Shown in pieces: positions 52,154-64,000 of a DNA stretch of 64,000 nt. The notes beneath the pieces were generated by a model. The model saw only the letters and a list, made by a program, of their open reading frames with translations, was not told the origin of the DNA and searched no databases. Positions within the stretch are counted from its first letter, which is position 1. Every line of letters starts with the position of its first letter. The DNA comes from Octopus sinensis (taxonomy: Eukaryota): positions 63,426,001 to 63,490,000 of the forward strand of contig NC_043001.1 of assembly GCF_006345805.1 (NCBI RefSeq), read 5' to 3'. The position numbers and the translations under genes are program-made.

Positions 52154-54318
52154 AATCTATCTATCTGTCAGTCAGTCTGTCTGTCGATCTATCTCATTCT
52201 ATATATACATAGCCATGCACATAAAGAGATTGTTATTTACATTATATGTAGATAGGAGTGTATGTGTGTGTGTGCATTTTTGTGTGTGCGTCTGTATATG
52301 CCCGCGAGTATTTGTGGATGTGTGTGCTCGCGCGCATGTGTGTGAATTGGTCCCCGTCGCTGAAGTTATTTATGGTTTAGAATTCTGTGCCAAACATGAG
52401 CCGCCGCAATTCCCCGAAGCCAAGTTGGGGTGGAGTTAGGCAACTTTTTATCTCCGTATTTAGCAAGGCCACCCGAATATTAAATAACTCTGCCAGGTAG
52501 TAGTGCCCCACCCCTTACATTCCCATTACCCTTATTTCCTTCCTCGTTCTCTTATACGTTCCCAATGAGTGTGTCTAGAGAGAGAGAGAAAGACAGGAGA
52601 GAGCAGAAAGAAAGAAAGCTAGTGTGGGGGAGAGAGACAGTAGAGGGAGTACGGAGAGAACAGTTAAGTGGGAGGAGAGAACATACACGCACGCACACCC
52701 ACATGCACACACGCGCGCGCACGCACGCACGCACACATACACAAAGACATAGAAACATAATTACAAGCATACATGATTTATACAAACACACTTGTGCGTT
52801 TTGTGTCTATGTATATACATACATACATACACACACCCATATAGATAAATTGATGTATATCTCCGCGCACATATATAGTTGATATGCACATACATGTAGC
52901 GTGTATGTGTGTGTATGAACATGTATGAATATTTGCAGGTGTGTGTGTGTGCGTGCGTGTGTGTGTGTATTTGTGCGTGTGTGCATCAGGCAGAAATAAG
53001 TGTGTTTAACATTTATCTATCCATCCATCCATTTATTCATCCACACACATATACATAGACGTACACACGCACACACACATACATATTTGCAATATACACA
53101 TACGCAAACATACGCATACTCACATACATATACATACATTTACAGAGTTCTGAAAAGAAAGTGAGAGTAAAACACAGATAGGAAGAAAGAGAAGGCTGTG
53201 AAAAGAAGCGAATGGGTAGAGAGAGGGAGGTTGAATTATTTAGGAATTAAGAGGGAGAGAGGTAGGTGAAGGGAAAGGCTGAGACCAGAGAATGAGAGAC
53301 AAAGTAGGGAGTAGTGTGCGTAAAGGTTAATAAAGGAGAAGAGGAAAACATGATAGAAAGACATGGAAAAAGGAAGACGAGCTGGAGGAATAAGGAAGAG
53401 GAAGATATTTGTGCGCGCGTGTGTGTGCGTGTATGTAAGAGATGTGTATAAGAGATATGTGTGCGTGAGTGTGTGTGAGAGAGAGAGAAAGAGAAAAAAC
53501 AGAAAGATTTATGTGAAAGAGATAAAGTGATATGTGTTTGTGTGTATGAGAGGTATGTGTATAAGGGAAAGGTGTGTATGAGAGAAAGATAAAGAGATAG
53601 AGATGTATGCGAGAGGGATAGAAAGATTTGCGTGTAAGGGAGATAGTGTTGATGTGTGTATGAGAGCGGGAGGGAGGTGTGTTTGTGTGTATGAGAGAGT
53701 GAGTGAGATAGAGTGAGAGAGAGAGAGGGAGGGAGGGAGAGAGAAAGAGAAAGAAAGAGGGAAAGAGGGATGTGAGTGAAATGAAGAAAGGTGAGGTAAG
53801 AAGAGTATGCAAGCTGTCCTGTAGTTCATTTTATCCCTTCACTATTTATGGCGTTAACTGAGTGTTGGGTATCAAATTGTCGACATTGTTGTTGTTGTCA
53901 TGACTATAAGTGGAGAGATGGAGATTCTCAACAACAACAACAAAAATAATAATGAAAGAAGCAGCAGACAACTTTTAATGTCTCAAGTAAACCTCATTGG
54001 TTCATCGTAAAGGTGTGGAACTATCTAACTCTTGCCCCCCCCTCTCTCTCTTTCTGTCTCTCCCACGTTCTCTCCTCTTCTCTTTCAAATTCTCTCGCTC
54101 TGTCTCACTCCCTATACTCTTTCCTACTCTTTACCTCCTCCCTCTCCGCTAAATTCTTTATTTCACTCTCTCACTCTCTGTAGTATGGTATGGTTAGAAA
54201 GAATGTCTTTGCGTCTGTCATTGCTGTTTATGTATCTATAGCAATATGTGTGTGTGTGCGTGCGCGCGCGTGCAAGTCTACGTATGTGTTTGTATATGTA
54301 TGTGTATAAGCATGTATG

Positions 54319-54413
<95 letters not shown>

Positions 54414-54459
54414 ATATATATATACACACACATATATATATATATATATATGCACACAC

Positions 54460-54498
<39 letters not shown>

Positions 54499-54507
54499 TA
54501 TATATAT

Positions 54508-54797
54508 ATATATATTGATAAAAATGGCAAGACAACAAAAGAATGAAAGAGACCTTGATATTATGTAAATAGAGGAATTTATCTGTAAATGTAATATGTG
54601 ACAATTATTGATGAGCCATGATAAAACTCCGAGTTTCGGATGCTGGTCAATCACACAGCAATCTCCCTCTGTTTAACGGTCATTTTCATAGCATTTTTCC
54701 AATAGCCGGATAACTGAAGAGATGGCGGCGTGGCTTTCCACCCCAGCATCCGAAACTCGGGGTTTTATCATGGCTACCGAATAATTGTCACATATAC
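54508..54797. mobile_element. Foldback mini-element of the same family, with a hammerhead at 54709-54769 (plus)
   Basis: GATAA-CTGAAGA-GATG...CATCC-GAA-ACTCGGGGT-T|TTATC; the inverted arm 54508-54645 carries the long tail. Confidence 0.78.
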
Positions 54798-54803
54798 ATC
54801 TAA

Positions 54804-54879
<76 letters not shown>

Positions 54880-54894
54880 GTGTGTGTGTGTGTT

Positions 54895-54949
<55 letters not shown>

Positions 54950-55988
54950 ATGTATGTATAAATCTTTGTGTGCGCGCGTATATACATACATACATACATA
55001 CGAGTATGTTATATTCCTATTGCTGTATATATGTTTAAACGTGTGTGTAAATGACAGTTACAGAAGGTAGGACAGCAACATCTAGGTGTCAGTACTACTG
55101 GTAGTTCAGTCCACTAGTCAGTAAACGGGTACCATGTTTGACACAGTTGAGGTGGTTGAATCCTCCCAATATGCAACGCTAACATCATAACCTATTCCTT
55201 CTCACATAACCACCACCGCCGCGGCCGCCTTCTCCACCGCCACCGCCGTTATCACCGCCACCTCTGCTACAACCGCCACTGCTACCGTAGTCGCCACCGC
55301 AGTCGTCACCACTACCATCACCACCACCACCTTCGTTTCATTTATCGAAAATCATGAATCCTAGGGGACAGGTTGGCCTATATCACGACTGGAGAGAATT
55401 CTGTGACTTATTTACATTTAGAAAAATTAAAAAAACGTCAATATGTAAATAAGTCATTTAATGATGGAATTGGAAGTGAATATAACTAAAGATACTGGTT
55501 TCAAATTTTGGCACAGTACTCAGCAAGTGCTTATTTTATCGACTCCGAAAGAATGAAGGGCAATGTCGACCCCGGCAGTATGAAGACGGACGAAGTGCCG
55601 CTAAGCATTTTGCCCGGTGTGCTTATGATTTTGAAAGGGGGAGGATAAAGGCTACCTCTGGGATTCGAACAACTAATCTTTTTCAGCTGTGACATGTTCT
55701 AACCTACATCATCAAAGTCTCCATCGGTCTCGTTTCAATCAAACTAAACCTCAAGTGAGTTGCCTGTATAAACAGTATCGTTCGCTTTAATTTGGTCACT
55801 TTAAACTCCACCGTAATTCAAACTAGTGCTGGAAAGACATTATTTAAGAAATAAGAGGACTTGTATTTTTAACTAATTACAACGATAAAAGCTTGAATAG
55901 TTCCTGACTAGGATTCAATCGACAGGTTATCTTGTGTATGCTGTCGATCCCATAGATAGATCATAAAACCGATACACACGTCCTAGAG

Positions 55989-56329
55989 CAGACCTTTCTG
56001 AGATTAAAGTGGCCCACACTATAGTGTGGGCCACTTTAATCTTAGAAAGTTTTTTTGAGTACCGCTTGTATACTTTATGCACTAATAGTTATATAATCAA
56101 ATTACTGAATCAAGATTTTTTCATACTTTTCGTTTGTTTAAAATTATAAAATTGTAGGCTATTGCTTTATTGTCAGTTATAAATTTTAAATTTATTTTGA
56201 AACAAATGTTTTACTCAAACAATTTTATTTTGAAATTAAACATTATACTTCAAGAAAGTATCAAACGAGCCGCAAGATAAAAGTCTGCGGGCCGCATGCG
56301 ACCCGCAGGCCTCGGGTTGGCCAGCCCTG
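55989..56329. mobile_element. hAT-type MITE with an 8-bp TSD
   Basis: CAG...CTG ends; the right end reads CAGGGCTGGCCAACC in reverse complement; TSD TCCTAGAG (55981-55988) and TCCTAGAC (56330-56337). Confidence 0.75.
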
Positions 56330-57417
56330 TCCTAGACCAAGTTGGGCACCATGTCAGTCACATGACATTATCAACAAGATGGAATTTACATTATTTGGTC
56401 ATATTTACTGTCAGCCCTTTTTACAGTCCCCTGTGAATCGTCATGTTATGTAAGATCTCAGTTGTTAGTGTGGGGGACTCTACTGGTAGTAAGTTCGATG
56501 TTGTAAAACAGTGGATGGGCAACCATCCTCCATGCCACCTGCTGACAACTGCACAAAATTGACTCTAGTACTGAGCACTTGCCAAAGAAGTCACCACCGT
56601 TCATTAGCCGATGTTGTAAGAACAGTATTAAGCCACCATTTGTAATTCACCCTTCCTACTCACAATAATGAGTTGTACATTTATATGGTATTTATACTTA
56701 CAATTAAGTACATTAAATCTTTGAGACTTATATAACTTTTCCATGAGTTCTGTGCAACACCCAGTTATGAATGTTTATTGAATCATCCAAAACATTGATC
56801 AAGCAGTCAAAACGGATAAAACAACGAACGAGTAGATCAACTTTCCATCCACCCGATGCGAGATCGATGAAAACAAAAACTACGTTGGAATGTGTGTTTG
56901 TCTATGATAAAGTTGGAAACCGAGGTTTCAAGCGAGAGAACGCTGGGCGTTCGATGATCAATGTTTAAAGATGGAATGGGTCGGCGTTTAGTTTTTGTCG
57001 GGGAAGAAATACGGCGTGAACACTTGTAAACGTTAGGTATACGTCTTGTGAAGGAAATGGAAGCGGGTAGGTTAGTGACAGTCATTACTGTTATTCCACT
57101 GGTATTCTTGGCCGACAATGGTAAGTCATTTGTAACATCATTTCTTTATTTCTCACCAAAATTCCAAATACGAGTTATGAAGGGGGAAGCGATATGTTGA
57201 AGAAACAACTATCTTTTAACTAATTTGCAAACAGATATCAGAAATCTGTCTAGTTACTTGAAAATGAAATCTTGTATGTTTAGCTAATCCCATTAACGTA
57301 TGTGCTGGACGGTTTTTCGTCAGTGTGAAAACATGAAGCTTGGATTGCGGTTGAAGAGTCGACACATAAATTAACACTGAGATACATTGCACACACGTGT
57401 GCGTGTTTGTGTGTGTA

Positions 57418-57457
<40 letters not shown>

Positions 57458-57488
57458 CGTGTGTATGCGTATACATACATATAAATAT

Positions 57489-57528
<40 letters not shown>

Positions 57529-58525
57529 ATACACACACATGCACACACATACTCGCACACGCAAAGAATAAACAAAGTTTCCTAATTTGGTATATTATTT
57601 TTTTACCAAAGAAAAAGAAATAAATATCCTTAAGAGATAAAATATGAAAAGAGAGAAAAATTAAAGAAAATCATTTTGGTTTAATTCTTGTGGAATCGTT
57701 TTTAAAGAAGTGGAAGCAAAATCTATTTGAAATATCAAAAAACGGTTATTCATTAGTCATAAGAGCTGAGCTTTATTTTCTTGAAACGAGAAGTTGTGAT
57801 GTACATGCCTACATTAAAGACACACGTGGTTATAACAATGAAGTTCCTAAGTAGTCGTTTGGTCCACGGTAAGAAAAAGCAGCTAAATCTCCCTCAAATT
57901 ACACGCCATAGCCTTAAACTAGAACATACCGTATAGCGTAGTCCTAGTTGGATCATGTTTAAATAAAAAACAAGAAGGGCATGACGAGAATTCTGTGGTC
58001 ACTGGTTTGCTTAATCCGGAATAACACAAGCCTAAACAACAACAACAACGACGACGACAGCATTAGTAGCATTAGTAGATGCTTACACTTGAGTCACCGA
58101 CTCAGTTGAGTTTTAGAACCCTGTCTGTAATTATTCACTAAGTTGTTACCCGCGAGCAGACTCGATCCAGCAGACTTGTAACTAAAGATGTTCTAGCGGT
58201 GATCATTCTGTTATTTGCCGTGACATAGTATATCTTGAAGTACATTATGTGTTCTTATTGTTGTTTAGTACCAGGTCAGACTTAAACTAGGAGAATAATA
58301 ATAGTTATTATTTCTACTACAGGCACAAGGCCTGAAATTTTGGGAAAGAGGGCTAGTTCATTAAATCGACTCTAGTGCTGAGCTGGCACTTATTTCACTG
58401 GCCCCGATAGGATGAATGGCAAAGTCGACCTCGCCAAATTTGAACTCAGAACGTAAAATCGAAGAAATGCTGCCAAGTATTTTGTTTGACGAGTTAACAA
58501 TTCTGCTGTCTAAATTATATTATTA

Positions 58526-58556
58526 CTAGCTGACTCCGTACCGTAAAAAATGACGG
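58526..58556 (-). mobile_element. Helitron-like 3' terminus
   Basis: Minus strand reads CCGT-CATTTTTT-ACGG hairpin, an 11-nt spacer, CTAG, then T. Confidence 0.45.
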
Positions 58557-58802
58557 CTAATTGTAGTATTTAATACATAAATATGGATGGTAAATAAAAT
58601 TAATACACTTGTCAATGTTATCTAGCGGTTGTCTTCTGGGATGTGAGGTCGATCATCGTTTGAAAGAACGCTAGTTGACACATACAAACATTCACATATT
58701 TCCCTTGCACACGCACACACATACACATATATACTCACACAGAGTTGAAACGCTGTTTCATTTTTCTTTTCAGCGTTGACTATTCACCATCCTACTTCCA
58801 TT

Positions 58803-58894
<92 letters not shown>

Positions 58895-59483
58895 TCACAT
58901 ACCTCCTTTTTATATATACACACATACTCACACAGAGCTGAAACGCTCCCACTGCCAGTTCACCATTACCCCTTCCTTCCTTATTCATCTATCACCCCTT
59001 TCTTTCTCATTCATATGTTGTGACGAAGAAAAGAAAGTTCTACTTCTCCTTGCGTTCCTGCCTGTTTCATCTGAGTGTTATTCTTACGTCATCGAATGTA
59101 GAAATTCGTGGAAAGAGACCCAGTTGGACCTTTGATAACAGAATTAACCGAAGCAAATACGATCGACAGTTCTGTGAAGTAAAATGTAATAATAATAATA
59201 ATAATTAATTCTTTTTTATTGGCCACAAGGGCTGACACGCATGATTTGAAACATGAAGGGACAAGACAGGACGAAAGGTTACAAAGGGTTTTGTCCGTTT
59301 TTGAAAAACATCGAGTAAAAACTTAATAACATTTAAAAACATTTAACAATGAAAAACTCCCAAAAGGGGGAGACGTTTCGAAAGGTTCCTGGTGGAAAAA
59401 ACCCTACAAAAGCCAACGGGAGCCTGGTCAAAAAAGGGGTGTAGAGAGTCCCTTTTTTCTCCTTTTGTATTACTTTTTTGAAA

Positions 59484-62400
59484 TCACAGGCGAAACCTGA
59501 GAACTGGTCCATTTATACTGGCCAGTCTCGCACAATTCACCCACCTTTCATAAAACTTGCTATCGGACAGCACTTTCCTCTCTAACCTCATCTTCCTTTT
59601 CAAGTGAAACTTGAAAAAGTTGATGAGGCCTTGACCAAAGAGGAAAGTGTCTGACTTTAGCCCTTTCAAACGAGTCCACCACACAACTTCTTTCGCCACA
59701 GCAACTAGACACAAGAAAACGGCCTCGCCATCCTTGTTAAAGGAGGTCGGCGGGGCAATCTTCACTATGGATTCGGCCGATAGTCGGATCCGTCCTACAC
59801 GTGACAGTAGCTGTTCGACATAAACCCATATTTCAGCAATACTCGGGCACTGGACGAGTGCGCGCAGAACGGTTTCGTCGTCCTGGCAACACCTCGGGCA
59901 GGCCCGGCTGACGGCACTTCCGTGCCGGTAGAGTTTATCTCGAACAGGCAGAGCCCCTCGGTAGCACTGCCAGGCGAGCGACCTCTGGAAATTATCCATC
60001 GGCCCTGGCCCGAAAGTCCTTCCGAACAGACTGCTCAGTTCGTCGTCTTCAACGCCTAGAGTTTCCCCGAGAACGTCGTCGCATTTTCCCTCCACTAACC
60101 CTCTATAGAACGCTAGAGTGGAGCTGTAATCGATCGCATTGCCCGCCTGACGGAGGGCAGAGATAGCTTGACGGCACTCGAGGTGCCAAGCGCCCTTTCT
60201 CGGTCTACGTTTGATCCAGGTCTGCAGCTCCGTCAAAGAGACGAGCTGCGGAAAATTGTGTCTGACAAAAGACGACCACACCTGTTCACCGTCTAGGAAG
60301 CGCTTGAGATGCCGCAGCCTTAGCGCATGTCTGCGCAACAGCAACCACGGCATTCCAAGGCCTCCGTTCAGCGGTCGTTGACAGCAGATGGATCGCCTGA
60401 CCAGTGGCACCTGACCCTTCCACAAAAAGTCGAAGAGCAGGCGTACCAGCTTGGCCAACCAGCGGTCGGGACAAGGGACGAAGGTCAAGCGGTAATAGAT
60501 GACGGATGCGATGTACGCATTCGCCACCTCCGCTCGACCTTTCAGGGACAGCTTCCTCTCGGCCCATTTCTGGGTGAGACGTGCCACCCTGCTCGTCACC
60601 TCTTCCCAGTTCTTATCCACCTGGAAGTCCGGACCGAACCAGACCCCGAGCAGTTTAACGGGTCCGTCTGTCCAGCGACCTTCGACGCTGTTGGACGGCA
60701 TGGGCTTGCCTCTCCAGGTGCCCAGTTGCAAGCCCACAGACTTTTCCGCGTTAATCTTTGCCCCTGTCACCGCTTCGTACTGGTTTAGTGTCTCGCCAAT
60801 CAGGCCAATGTGCCTGTGGCTCGACACCACCACGGTGACGTCGTCGGCATAAGCAGACACGCTGTTTCCGCCTCCTAGATCGCGCGGGATACCCCTCAAA
60901 GCTTCCAACTTGCGCAGTAATGGCTCGAGAGTCAAAATGTACAAGAGGGAGGAGAGAGGGCATCCTTGGCGGACAGAACGCGAGATGTCGAACGGTTCCG
61001 AAAGGTGACCGTTCACCCGTATCACCGAGCAGATGTTGCTGTATAAAGCAGCGATCCACCCGCGGAAGACTGGACCGAAGCCGGCTGCCTTGAGGACAGC
61101 TGCCAGGTACCGATGGTCGACCCTATCGAAGGCTTTACTCTGATCCAAGTTGATCAAAGCCCCACTCGCACCAGCGTCGTTACCCACCCTCTCTATGATG
61201 TAGCGCATGAGATGGAGGTTGTCGTGTATCGACCTGGTCGGCACGGTGCATGTCTGCGTCTTGCCGACCAGCTTGTCCACGACAAGCGCCAATGTCTTGG
61301 CTAGCACCTTGGCCAAAATCTTCAACTCTGCATTGAGCAGAGTGATGGGCCGGAAATTCCCTGGGAATGGTTGCTTTGTTGCCTCGCTTCGCCTCCGCCA
61401 CGCGGGCCCATCGAGCGGCTCTAGTCTCCTCCTCGCTTAGCGAACGTGCCTTAGCTCTGACAACGCAGCCTTTGTGTTTGGCGTCGAAGTGTTGGTCGAG
61501 GGCCAACCTTGGCGCCAACACGTCGGTCGCGATGCCAGTGTCAAGAGCCTCGTCTAATTTCTTAACTAAATCCCGCTCTCTCTTCCTACGTTCAATAGCT
61601 AGAGTCTTACTATACCTAATCGACTCTACTCTAATTGCTCTCTTGAGGGCAAACCACCAGTTGTTGTTGATGATTGCCCCCGTGAGCGCCCGCTTAACTA
61701 GTAAACTAATCCGGTCTCTGTAAGCTTTGCACGCCGTTAACGACGCGTTCAGCTTCCAGTAGCCGGGTCCCTGTCTATGTAGCCTATCTAAGTCGACCGT
61801 ACAGATCACTAATTTGTGGTCCGTATAGTCGACTAGGTGGAAATGTGGACACCCTACGCTGTCCTTATCCGCTGGCCTACAAAACACTCTATCTAAGTAC
61901 GATCTAGACGACCCGATGCGATTGGTCCAAGTCCACATTGGCACATTCGGGTTGTCTAGTCGAAACCTGTCGGACAGCTGAAAGCAGCCGAGTAGGTTGG
62001 CGAGGCTCTTGCACCCTCCCCCTCTCCTATCAGACGTTCCCCTGCCCACCCGATCGAAACGTTCGTCTAAGACAGCGTTCCAATCCCCAACTAGCACTAG
62101 AGTGCGTGACGTTCCCAGGAAAACTTCCAGACGTTTGAAATAATCCGACTGCCCTGCTCCTGTCGGAGCGTAGGCAGCCAGCAGTCTGAAAGCACCGCCG
62201 TCACTACCGTCCACGTCGAGGACCACCAACTTACCTTCCGGATCCAAGAAGACTGTCCTTATTTTCAAGTCCAGGCCCTTCCGAAACAACACCGCAGTAC
62301 CACCACCGCCCGCTCCCGGCCGACACGGAGATAGAAATATCTCGTATCCGCCGAAAAGGGCTGCGAGTTCCTGCGGGTCGGAGAGCCTGGTTTCACTGAT

Positions 62401-62508
62401 GGCTGCTACATCCACATCATGAAACCTCAGGTCGTTTAACAGGTGACCCTGTTTCCAAGGTGACCCGAGGCCTCTCACATTCAAGCAACCGATTCTAAGA
62501 TTTGCCAT
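59484..62508 (-). pseudogene. ORF2 (APE endonuclease, RT, C-terminal zinc motif), broken by one internal deletion near 61365
   Basis: CLNVRGL, AISETRL, GDWNAVLD, SYLDRVF and TDHKLV; FRPITLLNAELKILAK, DQSKAFDRVDH, RQGCPLS and AYADDVTV; CPRCCQDDETVLRALVQC. Confidence 0.92.
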
Positions 62509-62547
62509 GCTTCAAAAGTAAGGAAAAAAAAGGAGAAGAAAAAGGCT

Positions 62548-63334
62548 CTACTTACTGTTGTTGATGGTGGGGGTGGCTCCCTTGTGCTTTTGCACGGGTG
62601 CTTCCAAAATATTTTTGTACAGTTTCTTAGAGAAACTTTTCCCTAACGATCCCACATCGTTAGGGAATATTTGTTTAATTTCGTTGTATGTTGTTTTGTT
62701 TATTTTTATTGTGAGAATGTGTGCTGGTGGTGTGTTTTGTGTTGGTATAACGAAATCCGTTATATTTGTACTTGTTTTTTCTTTCAAATGCTCAACCAGT
62801 TCCTGGTTTCTTGTATTTATTGATGTAATTGTGTCTGTGTGGGTTTGTGTCTGTGGCAGTGGCAATTGCAGTAGTGGTGTCGAAAGTGTTGTTGTTTGTT
62901 GTTGTGAGTGTGTGTTGTTGATGTTGTTGTTGTTGATGTTGGGAAGCACTATTTGTTCGTGCTTCCCCTGTGTGTCTTTTTGTTTTCTCCTCCTTTTCTT
63001 TTTTGGAGGCACTGCGCTCCATTCTCCTTTGTTGGAATCAGAGCTCGCACAATCCGAGTACTCTTCATCCGGCAAAGGAATAGATGAGGGGTCTGCTTCA
63101 GCAGCAGGACGAAAAGTTGTTGGTTCCGCCGGTATCGGTGGTGCCGCTGCTCCTGTTGCTGTTGATGGTGCCCGCGTTGGTGAGCTCTCACCTTCTCTTC
63201 TTGCTGCTGTCGACCTTCTTGGTACTGGTGTTGGTGTTGGTTTGGTGGTTGTTGTTGTTGGAGGTGGTGTTGTCCGTCTTGGTGCTGGTGATGGTGTTGG
63301 TGGTGTGGCAGCCTTTGGTGCTTCGTGCTGTTTC

Positions 63335-63371
<37 letters not shown>

Positions 63372-63992
63372 GCTGCCTCTTGCTGTATTCCTCCATTCTC
63401 TTTTTTTGAATGGGGCAGTCCCTCTTCAGGTGGCTTTCGCTACTGCAGAGGAAACATTTTGGCTTTCGCCCTCTACAGTAACGTTTAGCCTGGTCCCATC
63501 TAGTAAGATGACAAAGTCAGGTATGGCATTGATGTTTTCCTGCTGGATCTGTACCAGCAGTTCAATACCCATACCTGACCAGTTCTTTTCTCTTACCCTC
63601 CGAACATTTAGAATAGTGGCAGTGTCCTCTATGCCATAGAGGATAGCCGCCACTAGCCATGAGATATTCAGTTCGGGGGGTATTGTATTTATTGTTATTT
63701 TTTGGACCTTACGCCCGAGGTATATCGGAACGAGGAACAAATGTTCATTTTGTAAGGGCGAAATGGCATGCGCCCTTGCTTGCTCCTCTGTTGGGAAGCG
63801 AACCTCCACGGTTCCAAATCGCTTCCCTCTTGTCACATAGCTCTTTTGGCCCCAAATGAGCTTCAGAGCCATTTCTAACTGCTGGGGTGTGGCGTTAACC
63901 AGTCTTTTAGTGTTTTTTTTCGAAAACTTTATAGAAAATTGTTTTTTTATTGGTCTCATGTATGAGTTGTTGAGGTGTGTTGAGGAAAACAC
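62548..63992 (-). pseudogene. ORF1 (RRM-like region, CCHC knuckle, polyQ and low-complexity tail) with a 1-bp frameshift near 63470
   Basis: Shifting frame after VTVEG gives RKPKCFLCSSESHLKRDCP (63415-63456), which runs into the 62548-63396 ORF containing Q14. Confidence 0.8.
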
Positions 63993-64000
63993 TGTTTCCT

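Larger units (their letters stand above)
59190..64000 (-). mobile_element. Young Tx1/L1-clade non-LTR retrotransposon; the 5' end probably lies beyond the window
   Basis: Two-ORF layout, APE and RT motifs, and a 3' UTR ending AATAAA followed by an (ATT)n tract near 59190-59220. Confidence 0.93.

Noticed and set aside
56837-57118. Minus-strand ORF with a faint THAP-like look (KCSRR...RRPIPSLN)
   Set aside because: The C2CH ligands cannot be placed; it needs an HMM search before any call.
59372-59379. GAAACGTC on the minus strand in the Tx1 3' UTR
   Set aside because: No CUGANGA-like core upstream; likely chance.
60286-63488. ORFs antisense to or out of frame with the Tx1 element (e.g. 60327-60788, 61367-61723, 62558-63409)
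   Set aside because: They are shadow ORFs of GC-rich LINE coding sequence with no recognisable motifs.

Overview
AT-rich, microsatellite-dense eukaryotic intergenic or intronic DNA. The SINE families resemble cephalopod (Octopus) repeats as I recall them; this is inference, not a database result. I found no host protein-coding exon, rRNA, tRNA gene or CRISPR array. The window is a nest of mobile-element remnants: a deleted Ty3/Gypsy LTR element, RTE and CR1 LINE fragments, two Tx1/L1-clade LINE copies (one young, 59.2-64 kb), at least eight Penelope-like element (PLE) fragments, two mariner elements, a hAT MITE, Helitron-like 3' ends and many SINEs. The main hidden signal is about 18 type I hammerhead ribozyme (HHR) motifs plus relics, found by eye, from many unrelated families. 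All have a palindromic or near-palindromic stem III, and several carry core variants (U3-A8, U3.G8, C4, U6). Many sit in short non-coding foldback elements, and two form cleavage-site-to-cleavage-site units of 346 and 656 nt, resembling retrozyme-like circular-RNA mini-retroelements. All alignments and folds were done manually; TE boundaries are approximate.
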